A stretch of 64,000 bases of DNA. It comes from Candidatus Hecatella orcuttiae (lineage in GTDB: Archaea > Thermoproteota > Bathyarchaeia > Hecatellales > Hecatellaceae). Shown in pieces: positions 18,378-28,078 of this stretch (position 1 is its first letter; every line of letters starts with the position of its first letter). The notes under the pieces are model-generated. The model had not been told where the DNA came from. It searched no databases and was given only the letters and a program-made list of their open reading frames with translations. The position numbers were made by a program, and so were the translations under genes. Location: positions 256,001-320,000 of the forward strand of contig MTLY02000003.1 in NCBI GenBank assembly GCA_002011035.2, written 5' to 3'.

Positions 18378-21300
18378 ATGCGGAAGGAACAGGCTGAAGA
18401 AAAAATCCGCGAGTTGGTTGAGAGATATGACTCAATAATTAGAGAAGGAAAGAAAAGTTCTTTCAGCGAGCAGGATGTTAATAGGGTTTTCATAATTCCA
18501 TTTATCAGAGCCTTAGGCTGGGATACTGACAATATTGATGAAGTGAAGGAGCAACGAAGAACGTTAACAGGTCCAGCTGATTACTCGCTTAATGTGGAGA
18601 AGAGACCCAAGATAGTTCTGGAGTTAAAGAAATTCGTGGAAGATCTTGATACCCGACGGGTCATAAAGGGAGGCAGGGAGGAAAGCTACCCTGAACAGGC
18701 TATGCGGTATGCTTGCTATTTAAAAACAGATTGGGTTGTCCTAACCAATTTCGAGGAAATACGACTTTACTACGCTTGGGAGATAAAGCCCGAAGACGGC
18801 TTGATCTTTAAACTGAAATATCATGAGTATTTAGATAATTTTAATAGATGGCTGTGGCTGCTTTCCAAAGAAAGTGTTACTTTAGGTGTTCTTGACCAAT
18901 ACCAAAAGAGAAGGATACGGAAAGATATAGATGTAGAAGTTCTTGAAGACCTGCTTGACTGCAGGAGATATCTTATAGACAACATCAGCAAAAATAACCC
19001 AGCTTTAACGAGAGAGAACCTTAAGGACAGCGTTCAGCGAATCCTCAATAGGCTTGTCGTTATTCGTGTTGCTGAGGATAGGAACATTATAGGTGCAGAC
19101 AGCTTATGGAAGGAGCTTGATGCGTGGAAAACTAGAGGGCTTCCTACATCTTTCATGCGAAGCTTAAAAGGCCTCTTCCGAGACTTCGACGACATCTACA
19201 ACAGCAAACTGTTTGAAAAACACGAATGCGAAGACTTGAAGATAGACAATGAAACACTAGAAAAAGTCATTGAAATACTTTATAAATACAATTTTGACTT
19301 GATTTCTGCTGATGTGTTAGGGGCGATCTATGAAGACTATATTGGGCACATACTTCAAGAGGCAGAAAAAGGCATAGACATCGTGGAAAGCCGTGAAACA
19401 AGAAAAAAGGCCGGGATCTTTTATACTCCGACACATGTTGTTGAATACATTAGGAGAGCTATTAAAAGGCAAAAATCCTGAGGAAGTTTCTAAGATAAAA
19501 GTTTTAGACCCGGCATGCGGCTCGGGATCATTCTTAATTAAAGCTTTTGACGCTCTGAAAGAATATTACGATTGGTATAATAAAACTATTGAGAAAAAAG
19601 CCTTAGGCTCAATCGCTGAATATGGCAACCTGATTCAAGATGTAGAAAAGAGAATTGTTATTGAAAATCTTTTTGGTGTTGATCTAGACCCCCAGGCTGC
19701 AGAGATAGCAGCAGTAAACCTTATGTTAAAGGCACTAAAAAAGGGTGAAAGGTTGCCATTGATTCTTGGAGACAACATAAAATGCGGCAATTCTCTAATA
19801 TCGGGATCAGAAAAGCTAAGAGAATACTTCGGAGATGATTGGAGTTTAGAGAGGCCTTTTAATTGGGAGAAAGAATATGTTGAAGTGTTTAAAGAGGGGG
19901 GTTTTGATGTAGTTGTTGGCAATCCACCTCATGGAGCCAAACTTTCACAACAAGAGAGGGATTTCTTCTTTGACGTTTATCAAGTAGCAAAAGGTTACAA
20001 GAATTCAGCTTCTCTGTTCATTGAACGCGCCACTCAGTTGCTAAAACCTCTAGGGACAATGGGACTTGTTATCCCTAAATCGTTAACGTTCTCGGAAAAA
20101 TGGAAGGCGACGAGAGAATTTATTCTCCAAAACCTCAGATTGATCGAGATCGTTGATATCAGTAAAGCCTTTCCGGGTGTTCTTCTTGAACAAATAATAA
20201 TCATTTGCCGAAAGGATCCAATGCAAAGCTCTAGTTATAAGGGAACAAGCTTAACATGGGAAAGAATCCTTGAAACTTATACAATACCTCTCTCCCTATG
20301 CAAAGAACTAGATATTTTTCCTATACATGTCGACCAGCACTCTCTCACTATATATAAAAAGGTTATGAAGAAATCTTTCCAACTCAAGGAAATATCCAAA
20401 ACTTTCAGAGGACTACCGGTACAAAGTAAAGCTACAATCATTCAGGGAGAGAACTCAGAACCTCTGTTGAGAGGTGATGATATCAAGCGATACTATCACG
20501 CAACTCCACAAACATTCATCGACCGAGATGCCTTAAAAGAGGATAGCAAGAAAATAACTGATATGAGAAAGCCGAAGATTATTTCCCAAAGAATCATTGC
20601 CCATGTCTTAAAGCCTAAGGATAGAATTATAATAATGTCAACTATAGATGAAGAAGGTTTACTCAATGTTGATACTGTTGAAAATACGATTTTGACGGAT
20701 CCTCAATATGACCTCAAATATATCCTCGCATTCTTAAACTCAAAACTTGTTTCTTGGTTCACGTACACGTTCATATTTAACAAGGCGGTTAGAACGATGG
20801 ACTTCGATGATTACTATGTAGGAAAGATACCAATCTATCCGGCCACACCTGATCAGCAGAAACTAATAACAGAAGTAGTCCAAAAAATGTTAACACTCAC
20901 CTCACGCATTAAGGAAATAGATACAGACTTCCAGAAGCGCGTTAACAGTATACCACGGGAGAAAGATACCACTTTCAAAGATTACTATCTAAAATATAGT
21001 AGTGACAGAACGCCTCTAATACCATCTAATGTGAAAGGACAAATTAAGTCTCTTAAAGTTGAAGAACAGGGGCACCAGTTAGTCATAAAAGTTGACTACA
21101 TAGAGAAGGACGGGAACAGGGAAAAGCAACACAGTGATGTAGAAGTTTTTAGATGCGAAATCGAGAATGAGCCGATTAGAAAATTCCTTTTCTATTCTGT
21201 CTCAAATTATGGAAAAACTCTTGGGAGTGGAAACATCTGGTACAAGATTCAGAACATTCCCCTGGCTAAATTCCACAAAAATGAGGGGCAAAATGAAAAA

Positions 21301-21492
21301 GTTGTGGTTAAACTTATTAATGATTACTTGAGAGCAATTAATAACCGAAGACTGTTGCAACAAGAAATTCAAGCCACGGATAAAATACTAGATGAAAAAA
21401 TCTATAAACTCTACGATCTAAATCAGGATGAAATATCCTTAATAGAGAGTTCTATACAGCGATATTTTGTTGAGGAATCCTTTTACATCTAA
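18378..21492 (+). pseudogene. Type IIG restriction-modification enzyme (HsdR_N-like nuclease + N6-adenine MTase + TRD), frameshifted at ~19445
   Basis: ORF1: LGWD, PADY..ELKK, QAMRYA, LTNF, LGAIYE, GIFYTP. ORF2: VLDPACGSGSFL, GVDLD, GNSL, FDVVVGNPPH, TaqI_C-like YILAFLNS. The two frames meet at AATACATT. Confidence 0.85.
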
Positions 21493-21603
21493 AGAATTAC
21501 CCTACCAAACTAAGGCTTTCATCACTTTCCATGGGAAGATGCATGTTTAAAGACTTATCATGGTGGCTGCCATGGATGTTGATTACTTCATTGAGTATTA
21601 TTA

Positions 21604-22490
21604 GGTTAATGCATAATTCGTTTTTCTTCCTTTTATTCTTTGGCGTCTGATGAGTCGTCTCCTAACCCTTAGGCGTCTCTCCGCAAAGGTCGATTTGGCT
21701 TCTCTGGCTGGGGTTGAGGTTTCCTACTCCGGGCTTGGGCCTAGGCATTACCCTGTGAGGGCTAGTTCCTTGCTTTGGTTTTGATGCACCTTCTGGCTGT
21801 GCCTTCGGAGACCATGCTGGCCGGGTATCTCTCGGCTCACAGGGATGTGGCTGAGGCCTGCGGCTTCAACCGAAACCCTAAGAGCCATAGGGGGGCTCCC
21901 AGCCAGTCGGCTCTGAACAGGTTCAAGCACAGGGTCGGAGTTGAAGGCTTCCAAAGTGTCTTCGAGGAGCTGGCCCAAGGCCTCATGAAGGCTGGTGTGG
22001 CCAAGGGCCGATGGGTTGCCGTGGACTCCTCGGCTGTGAAGGCCTACTTCCGCGGCGACCCAGATGCGCGGTGGGGCTATACAGATGTGGATAAGCCCTT
22101 CTTCGGCTATAAGCTCCATATCCTCATCGACGTTAAGACCGAGCTGCCCGTAGCCTTCAGAATCACCCCGGGCAACGTCCACGACAGTCAAGAGTACCTA
22201 AACCTCTTGGAGGATGCGGAGGAGGCCGACCCTGAGCATGCTTACGGGGATGCTGCCTACGACTCCGAAGCCCTCAGGGAGACATCCAGAAGCCTCTACA
22301 ACCTAGAGCTCCACACACCCAGAAACCCGAGACGTAAGGGTGGAAGGCCCGAAACAGCAAGACCCTGAAGCGCATGCTGTCAGCAGTGGAACGGAGCTTC
22401 TCCCGGCTGAAGCTCTTCCGCCTCAAAGACCTCAAGGTGAAGGGCTTCACATCCACAGCCATCCACATCCTCCTCGCCCTAGTAACCATG
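21604..22490 (+). mobile_element. Degenerate IS (IS4/IS5/IS982-like DDE transposase) with two frameshifts and no right end
   Basis: VAVDSS, FFGYKLH, PGNVHDS, YGDAAYDS and, in another frame, AVERSFSRLK; ATG at 21650; frameshifts at ~21763 and ~22350. Confidence 0.8.
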
Positions 22491-22633
22491 CCCCAGACCT
22501 GGCTAAGCTGAAGGGGAGGGAAAACTATTACAGGCTCAGAGTCGGCGACGTCAGGGTCGTGTTCAAGATAGACAAGCCTGCAAAGACCATATACGTCGAA
22601 AAGATAGGCTACAGAGAAGCAGTCTACAGATAA
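22491..22633 (+). pseudogene. C-terminal fragment of a RelE/ParE toxin
   Basis: DLAKLKG..YYRLRVGDVRVVF..IYVEKIGYREAVY with no N-terminus, abutting the truncated transposase. Confidence 0.75.
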
Positions 22634-22995
22634 CGTTGCAGCATCGTCGAAGCCGGAAGGCTACCTTTTCTTCGGCCTCAGCCTGACCTCGTCGCCCGCA
22701 CGCTCAAACTCCAATTCTTTGTCGACTAGGTCGCTTACGTCGAAATCTGCGGGGAACTCATTATCCATTACCTGCATAAAATCTCCTCCTAATCTTTAAA
22801 ATCATTCCATCGCCCAGCTCATTCCACGGTTCCGTTACAACCTCAAAATCAAGCTCAGTTTCAAAAGCACTCATTTTTCCTCCTCGCCTTGACGTATTAA
22901 AGCCCCTTTTATCTAGAACGTTTTTAGCTAAAAAACTCTACGACTACGTCTCACAAGGTGACTGGTAAATAGTTTTTCAGAGTAGATGGCATTTT

Positions 22996-23017
22996 ACAGG
23001 CGGCTGGATTTGAACCC
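22996..23017 (-). other. tRNA 3'-end-like fragment (possible att site)
   Basis: Minus strand GGGTTCAAATCCAGCCGCCTGT (T-loop + T-stem + acceptor-like), 80 bp downstream of the integrase stop. Confidence 0.4.
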
Positions 23018-23096
23018 TCAATTTACCCTCTCAGCCCCAGTACCACTTCGCTGGGCGTCGGGGTTGCAAAGCGGCGTGCTGGCACTCCAAACCCCG

Positions 23097-24029
23097 TCAC
23101 CTAACAGGGCGTTCAGGTCCGTAAGGGGATAGGTAGGGCTCTGCTTTCAGGTAGGCCCGTTCCAGCTCCGGCCGCGGCGGAATGAAGTAGGCGACCCTCA
23201 GCCGGCCTAGGCTGTGGCCCATCATGTATTCGACCACGGCCTCGTTGACTCCCGCCAGCTTGGCCATGGTGTTGAACCACTTCCGGAGTGAGTGGCAGGT
23301 TATCTGACCGTCGACTCCGGCTTCGGCGGCCAGCCCTGTGACCAGCCGGCGGGCTGTGCGGTCGCTGATGGGGAAGACCCTCTCTTCTGCGCTCGGTTTC
23401 CCGTCCTCTTGGAAGTAGGCTTGGAGGGCGCTGCAGGCGTCCCGGCCTAGGAAGGTTTCAAACCACCCTTGGGTTTTCTGCCTCCGCAGCCGCAGGTAGA
23501 CAGGCCGTTTTCCAGCCTCCAGCTCGGTTTTGACGGCGCCGTAGGTGAGGGCCAGCAGGTCCGCCTCGGAGAGGCCGCTCTGAGCCTGGCAGAGCACGTA
23601 GGCCCGCCCGCGGGGGTCCGCCAGGTCGCACATGGCCCTGAGCTCCTCCCGGCTGGGCACCCGGCTGGCGGTCTCCGTCCAGCTCTGCGGAGCCTTCACC
23701 TTGAGGGGGAGGTAGTTGGCCGTGAAGAAGCTGCGCACCGCGGCGTGGGCGAACGCGGCGGAGCTCCGGCGGAGGCCCTCCCTGCGCTGGAGGTGGTTGA
23801 ACCAGGCTGTGAGCCGCTCCTCCATCCTCCGCCGGACGGCCTCATCCTTCGCCTCCAGCTCCCGGCGCCGCCGCTCCACCAGCTCATCGGGGGACATTTT
23901 GACGAACCCGCAGAACCTTCGCAGCCAGAGCCCGTAGGCCCGCCGGGTGTTGGGGCTGCCGGAGTGTTCCCCGGCCAGCCTCTCGAACCACCGCTCCACC
24001 GCTTCGCCGCCCGGCTCCTGAGGGCCCAC
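23097..24029 (-). CDS. Tyrosine recombinase/integrase
   Basis: SPNTRRAY, QSGLSEADL, RQKT, HSLRKWF, MMGHS, VAY. Confidence 0.9.
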   Translation of the reverse strand: MGPQEPGGEAVERWFERLAGEHSGSPNTRRAYGLWLRRFCGFVKMSPDELVERRRRELEAKDEAVRRRMEERLTAWFNHLQRREGLRRSSAAFAHAAVRSFFTANYLPLKVKAPQSWTETASRVPSREELRAMCDLADPRGRAYVLCQAQSGLSEADLLALTYGAVKTELEAGKRPVYLRLRRQKTQGWFETFLGRDACSALQAYFQEDGKPSAEERVFPISDRTARRLVTGLAAEAGVDGQITCHSLRKWFNTMAKLAGVNEAVVEYMMGHSLGRLRVAYFIPPRPELERAYLKAEPYLSPYGPERPVR

Positions 24030-24801
24030 TTAACCCACCTGAGAGAAAAATTGTCCGATTTTCTTACGCAGCCCTTTTTTTGTGGGTGGAAGTGTTGCGC
24101 AGAAGATTCGCCGTGGAAAGGGGGCGCAGGTTCAGGGAGCCTGTGCGAAGAATTCCGCCGCGCCAGTTGACGCCCTCCATCAGGAAGATGCTGGTGGGCG
24201 ACGCTAGGGACGCAGCCGTCTTTCGCGTTGTCCACGAAGGTTTGAAGCACGGCGCAGACATCACCCCCTGCTCTTTTATGTAGGCCTTCAATTCGCGTTC
24301 CACTTTTTCGGGTGAAGGCCGCAGGTGTGACACCCACCGAGGAGCAGGTGAAGGAAATCCTGGATGAAGTGACATACGGCGCCGATGTCCACGGCTTGGT
24401 CGAATCGGTGCTTGAGCAAGCCCTCAAAGCAGATTTGGGAGAGAAAATCAGCAGAAAAGTCGAAGTCGACGTTAAAATCGAAAGACAGGGCTGAATCCGC
24501 CGGGCTGCCTTTATTTTTCAGCGGAAATTCAAATTTTAAAAAAAATTGTAGGATAACCCACATTTTTTGACCGATTACAATAAATAATCGGACACCCCGT
24601 TTTTAGGCCTGTTTTGGGCTTTTTTCTGCCTGCTGAGGCTGTTTCAGGGCTTTTCCCCGAGGCCCCTCAGGCCGGCCTCTGTGGGATAGGAGGGGGTATA
24701 GTTCTATAAAATTATAAAATCATATTAGCTTATCAAGGACGACCCCCCGGGCCAGACTTGTCGTACAGTCACACTGTCACACATTTTTCGGTTGAAGGGC
24801 C

Positions 24802-25248
24802 ATGGGAGACTACACCAAGATGACTCTATACCTTGGAAAGGCGGAAGTAGGGGAAAAACTCGAAGCAGCCGTGAAGGCGCTGGGCTACCGGAGCATCAGC
24901 CACTGGGCCTCGGAGCAGGCCAGGAGGGCCATAGCCGAAGCCGAAGGCAGCCGGGGTCAGGGTCACCCCCGCCCCTCCGGCCGAGACAGGGAGGCCCTCC
25001 TAGCCGAGCTGGTCTCCGTCCGCGAAAGGGCGCAGCGGCTGAGGGCCAAGCTGGGCGGGGAGCTGCCCGCCCTCAGAAAACTCTACGCCCAGCTGGGCGG
25101 CGACGAGAAGGAGCTGAGCAACCTGGACGAGGCCCTGCCCCGGGTCTACGCCCACTACCGGGGGCCGCTGGAGAAGGCCGTGGTCTTCGAGCAGTACGCC
25201 CGGCTGAGCAGGCGGGTCTTCGAGCTGCGGCGGCAGCTGGGAATATAG
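24802..25248 (+). CDS. Putative RHH/CopG-like regulator with coiled coil
   Basis: KMTLYL..KLEAAVKALGYRSISHW pattern. Confidence 0.55.
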   Translation: MGDYTKMTLYLGKAEVGEKLEAAVKALGYRSISHWASEQARRAIAEAEGSRGQGHPRPSGRDREALLAELVSVRERAQRLRAKLGGELPALRKLYAQLGGDEKELSNLDEALPRVYAHYRGPLEKAVVFEQYARLSRRVFELRRQLGI

Positions 25249-25499
25249 CCCGCCCGCTTTTTTCTCCCGAGAAAACCTTGGCCGGCAGGACGCCCAAGCC
25301 GTTGCTCCGCATCTGGCTGGCCTTCACCACGGCCGGCGGAGAGCTCAGACGCTGGAGCCTCCTCGTCTTCAGGGCCCCGCCCAGCACCCTGAGGTCTGAG
25401 ACTCGCCAAGCGTCAGCCTGTTCGACAGTCGAAAAGGCCATAAAGGGTAGAGGAGAGTGAAACTGTTACCCGGCTGGGATTTTAACAAAAAGTCAGAAG

Positions 25500-25515
25500 C
25501 CCGGCCAGGGCGCCA
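25500..25515 (+). repeat. Putative attR of element 1: 3' end of a tRNA-Asp/Glu
   Basis: CCCGGCCAGGGCGCCA resembles archaeal tRNA-Asp 3' ends (from memory); lies at the MGE-to-housekeeping switch; partner copy not in window. Confidence 0.55.
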
Positions 25516-25731
25516 AATCATTTCTCCCTAATTTAGTCCCTCCGACTGTAGCAGACTGGCGGCTCATAGTTGGCAAGAGATAAAAGAAAAAGATAGGGTT
25601 AAGTATGCGCAGGAAGTGAGTATGTTAATGAGTGTTAAATATTCTTGAAAGAAAAATCTAGCGTTACAAAAGTGGATGGGTGTGGAGGTAGACGGAGGGA
25701 GTTTGAACAGCCGTAAAAGGAGAGATAATGT

Positions 25732-26763
25732 ATGACGTCAGACAGATTGACACAGATGGCGGAGCTGCATGGGTGTAACTGTAAACTTGGAGAGCGGGAC
25801 TTGAAGTCCTTGCTTGAAGCCTCTGGGATGTTCGTCCCCGAGTCAGGAAGCCTTCTCTTGGGGCCTGGTGACGATGCGGGGTCTATACGGGTTCGCGGCG
25901 ATCTCGCCTATGTGACCCACTTGGACTTTTTCACTCCCATTGTGGATGACCCTTACCTCTACGGGAAGATTGCCGCCTGCAATGCGGCCAGTGATGTTTA
26001 TGTGAAGGGTGCTGTTCAAAACGTCGGGCTGCTGGTTATAATGGGGTTCCCCTTGGAGGTTTCCAGAGAAACCATGCAAAAGGCCCTTGGGGGAATACGG
26101 GATTTCTGCTCGGAGACAGGCGCCCAAATATTGGGGGGTCATACCATAATAAATCCCTGGCCTCTCCTAGGAGCTGCTGTTACGGCGACGGCTTCCCCCA
26201 GTCAGATAATCCGTAACTCCACCGCTAAACCGGGAGACCTTCTCTTCCTGACTAAGCCCCTCGGCACCCAGCCGGCTATGGGGGCTGTGAGGAGTCTGGC
26301 GCAGATGAAGGAAGAAATAACCTCCGTCTTGTCGGAGGATGAGGTTTTAGCCGTGGGAGACTTCGCAGCGGAGCTCATGTCCACTCCCAATAAGGGAGCG
26401 GCGGAGGCCATGCTGGAAGTGGGGGTTAACGCAGCGACGGATATCACTGGCTTCGGCCTTTTAGGCCAAGCAAAGACCATGGCGAAACGGAGTGGGGTGG
26501 ACATTCTGATCAGCCGAATACCGGTCATCAAAGGAACGTTAGAGCTCTCTCGGCTCTTCGGCTACGGTTTAGAAAAAGGAGAGGCGGCGGAAACTTCGGG
26601 AGGGGTTTTGGTTTCTGTTTCACGAAGTCGGAGAGAGCTGTTCGTTCGCAGTCTTGAAAAGCGGGGTATCCCCGCCTACCAAGTCGGCGTGGTTGAAGAG
26701 GGGAAAGGCACGGCGGCCGTAGAAAAGGATATTGAATTAATCGAGGTCCCTCCCCCTCGCTGA
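25732..26763 (+). CDS. selD: Selenide, water dikinase (Cys form)
   Basis: HGCNCK, GDDAG, DFFTPIVDDP, NAASDVY, GGHT, LTKPLGT, TDITGFGLLG, ETSGG. Confidence 0.92.
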   Translation: MTSDRLTQMAELHGCNCKLGERDLKSLLEASGMFVPESGSLLLGPGDDAGSIRVRGDLAYVTHLDFFTPIVDDPYLYGKIAACNAASDVYVKGAVQNVGLLVIMGFPLEVSRETMQKALGGIRDFCSETGAQILGGHTIINPWPLLGAAVTATASPSQIIRNSTAKPGDLLFLTKPLGTQPAMGAVRSLAQMKEEITSVLSEDEVLAVGDFAAELMSTPNKGAAEAMLEVGVNAATDITGFGLLGQAKTMAKRSGVDILISRIPVIKGTLELSRLFGYGLEKGEAAETSGGVLVSVSRSRRELFVRSLEKRGIPAYQVGVVEEGKGTAAVEKDIELIEVPPPR

Positions 26764-26788
26764 GGGGTCTGAAAACATATTGGATGTG

Positions 26789-27493
26789 TTATCTTTTCCC
26801 GCCAGTAGCCGGTTTCCGCTTCAGCGTGCTTGAATCCCTAGATGATTCTGGGGCGGCGTTTCCCTTTTTCTTGGCCTCCATAAGGAAGGAGAGAAAGTAG
26901 AGTTTACGGCCGGAGACGTTTTCCACGAAGGATTCTTCCCGGGTTTCCAGTATTCGGAAGTGCTTGGAGAAGTATCCTCTGATGTCGCTTACCTTAAAGT
27001 GGTTCCAAGCCGGGCCGTTCCGCCAGCTGAAACAAGTCATGAAATATCGGCCCCCCTCCGCGAGCACCCGGTGGAGACCTTTGATGAACCTCTCTCTACG
27101 CTGAGGTCTGATGTGGTGGAAGCACCCTCGGTCGAAGATGAAGGTGAAGAAACCGTCTGGGTACTTTAGGTTCGCAGCGTCCCCGGCGGTAAGATGGCAG
27201 ACAGCTCCCTTCTTTCTACATCTCTGTTTCGCCATGTCGACGGCGGTGGGGGAGATGTCTATTCCGTAGACTTCGAAGCCTTGGACTGCTAAGTATATGG
27301 TTTGGGTTCCTAAGCCGGAGCAAATGTCGAGGACGCGTCCTCTGGCTATTTTTCCCTTTTCCACAAGCTCTACTAGATTGCTGTCTGGCTTGCCGGTTTC
27401 CCAAGGCAGCCTGTCGGGGGCGTATTTTCTGTAGAAGCTCTCCCACCCCCACTTGACATCCTCAGAAGAGCCGCTCATGACGGTCACATCCAT
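26789..27493 (-). CDS. Class I SAM-dependent methyltransferase (TPMT/TehB-like)
   Basis: LPWET, VLDICSGLG, GIDISPTA, FDRGCFHHI. Confidence 0.85.
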   Translation of the reverse strand: MDVTVMSGSSEDVKWGWESFYRKYAPDRLPWETGKPDSNLVELVEKGKIARGRVLDICSGLGTQTIYLAVQGFEVYGIDISPTAVDMAKQRCRKKGAVCHLTAGDAANLKYPDGFFTFIFDRGCFHHIRPQRRERFIKGLHRVLAEGGRYFMTCFSWRNGPAWNHFKVSDIRGYFSKHFRILETREESFVENVSGRKLYFLSFLMEAKKKGNAAPESSRDSSTLKRKPATGGKR

Positions 27494-27621
27494 TTCAAGG
27501 TTTTTGGGAGGTATACGGGATTTCTTTTAAAAGTTTCCGCTTCGGCTTCTCTGCGGCGTGGAGGCTCTGTTGAAGGTAGGTTAATATCGGATGCAGGGAA
27601 TAGCCTTGTTGGGATGGTTTT

Positions 27622-27981
27622 ATGGAAGCTGTTTGGGAGAAGCCTGTGATAGTGTTCTTCAGGGAGAAACTCAGCAAGCCTGAAACTGAGCCCTTCGCCG
27701 TGGTTAAAGCTCGAAGGCTGACGGTGAATCGAAGCGATAAAACCGGCGCGTACAAGGGGAAGATAACCGATTTCTTCACCTACATGGGTGATGTGGACGT
27801 TATCTCGCCGGCTAAGAGCCCCTATGTGCTGTGCTGGATGGATGACAGGGAAGACGACTTCGGGAAGGCTTGGAGGCGCTTAACCGGAGTGACTTTCCCC
27901 CGGGGGTTGAGCTTCAAGGTTAAAGCTGGCAAACGCACCTATCAAGCAGCGTTTGAGGCTAAACATGCAAAACTGGAGTAG
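27622..27981 (+). CDS. Hypothetical protein
   Basis: 119-aa ATG-started ORF filling the gap between neighbours. Confidence 0.65.
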   Translation: MEAVWEKPVIVFFREKLSKPETEPFAVVKARRLTVNRSDKTGAYKGKITDFFTYMGDVDVISPAKSPYVLCWMDDREDDFGKAWRRLTGVTFPRGLSFKVKAGKRTYQAAFEAKHAKLE

Positions 27982-28078
27982 ACTCCCAGTCATCGGCCAA
28001 GTAGGCAGCCGGTTTAGAGCTCCCGGCTGTGCTCTGCATGTTTTCTAGCATTCATCTGGTTTAGAGAGGTAGGCTAAC

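Larger units (their letters stand above)
1..25515. mobile_element. Integrated element 1 (left end outside window): GC-rich backbone with two AT-rich cargo blocks (~4060-6660, ~7740-21640)
   Basis: Tyrosine integrase at 23097-24029; tRNA 3'-end-like fragment at 25500-25515 followed by housekeeping genes; MGE-type genes (PCNA fusion, DUF5131, NTase pair); abrupt base-composition shifts. Confidence 0.75.

Noticed and set aside
7898-21492. Calling the island DISARM, BREX or Wadjet
   Set aside because: No DrmA/B/C, PglZ/BrxC or JetABD visible; the SMC-like protein has a Rad50 zinc hook and an Mre11 partner
25732-25790. Selenocysteine in SelD
   Set aside because: Both Cys in HGCNCK are TGT; there is no in-frame TGA
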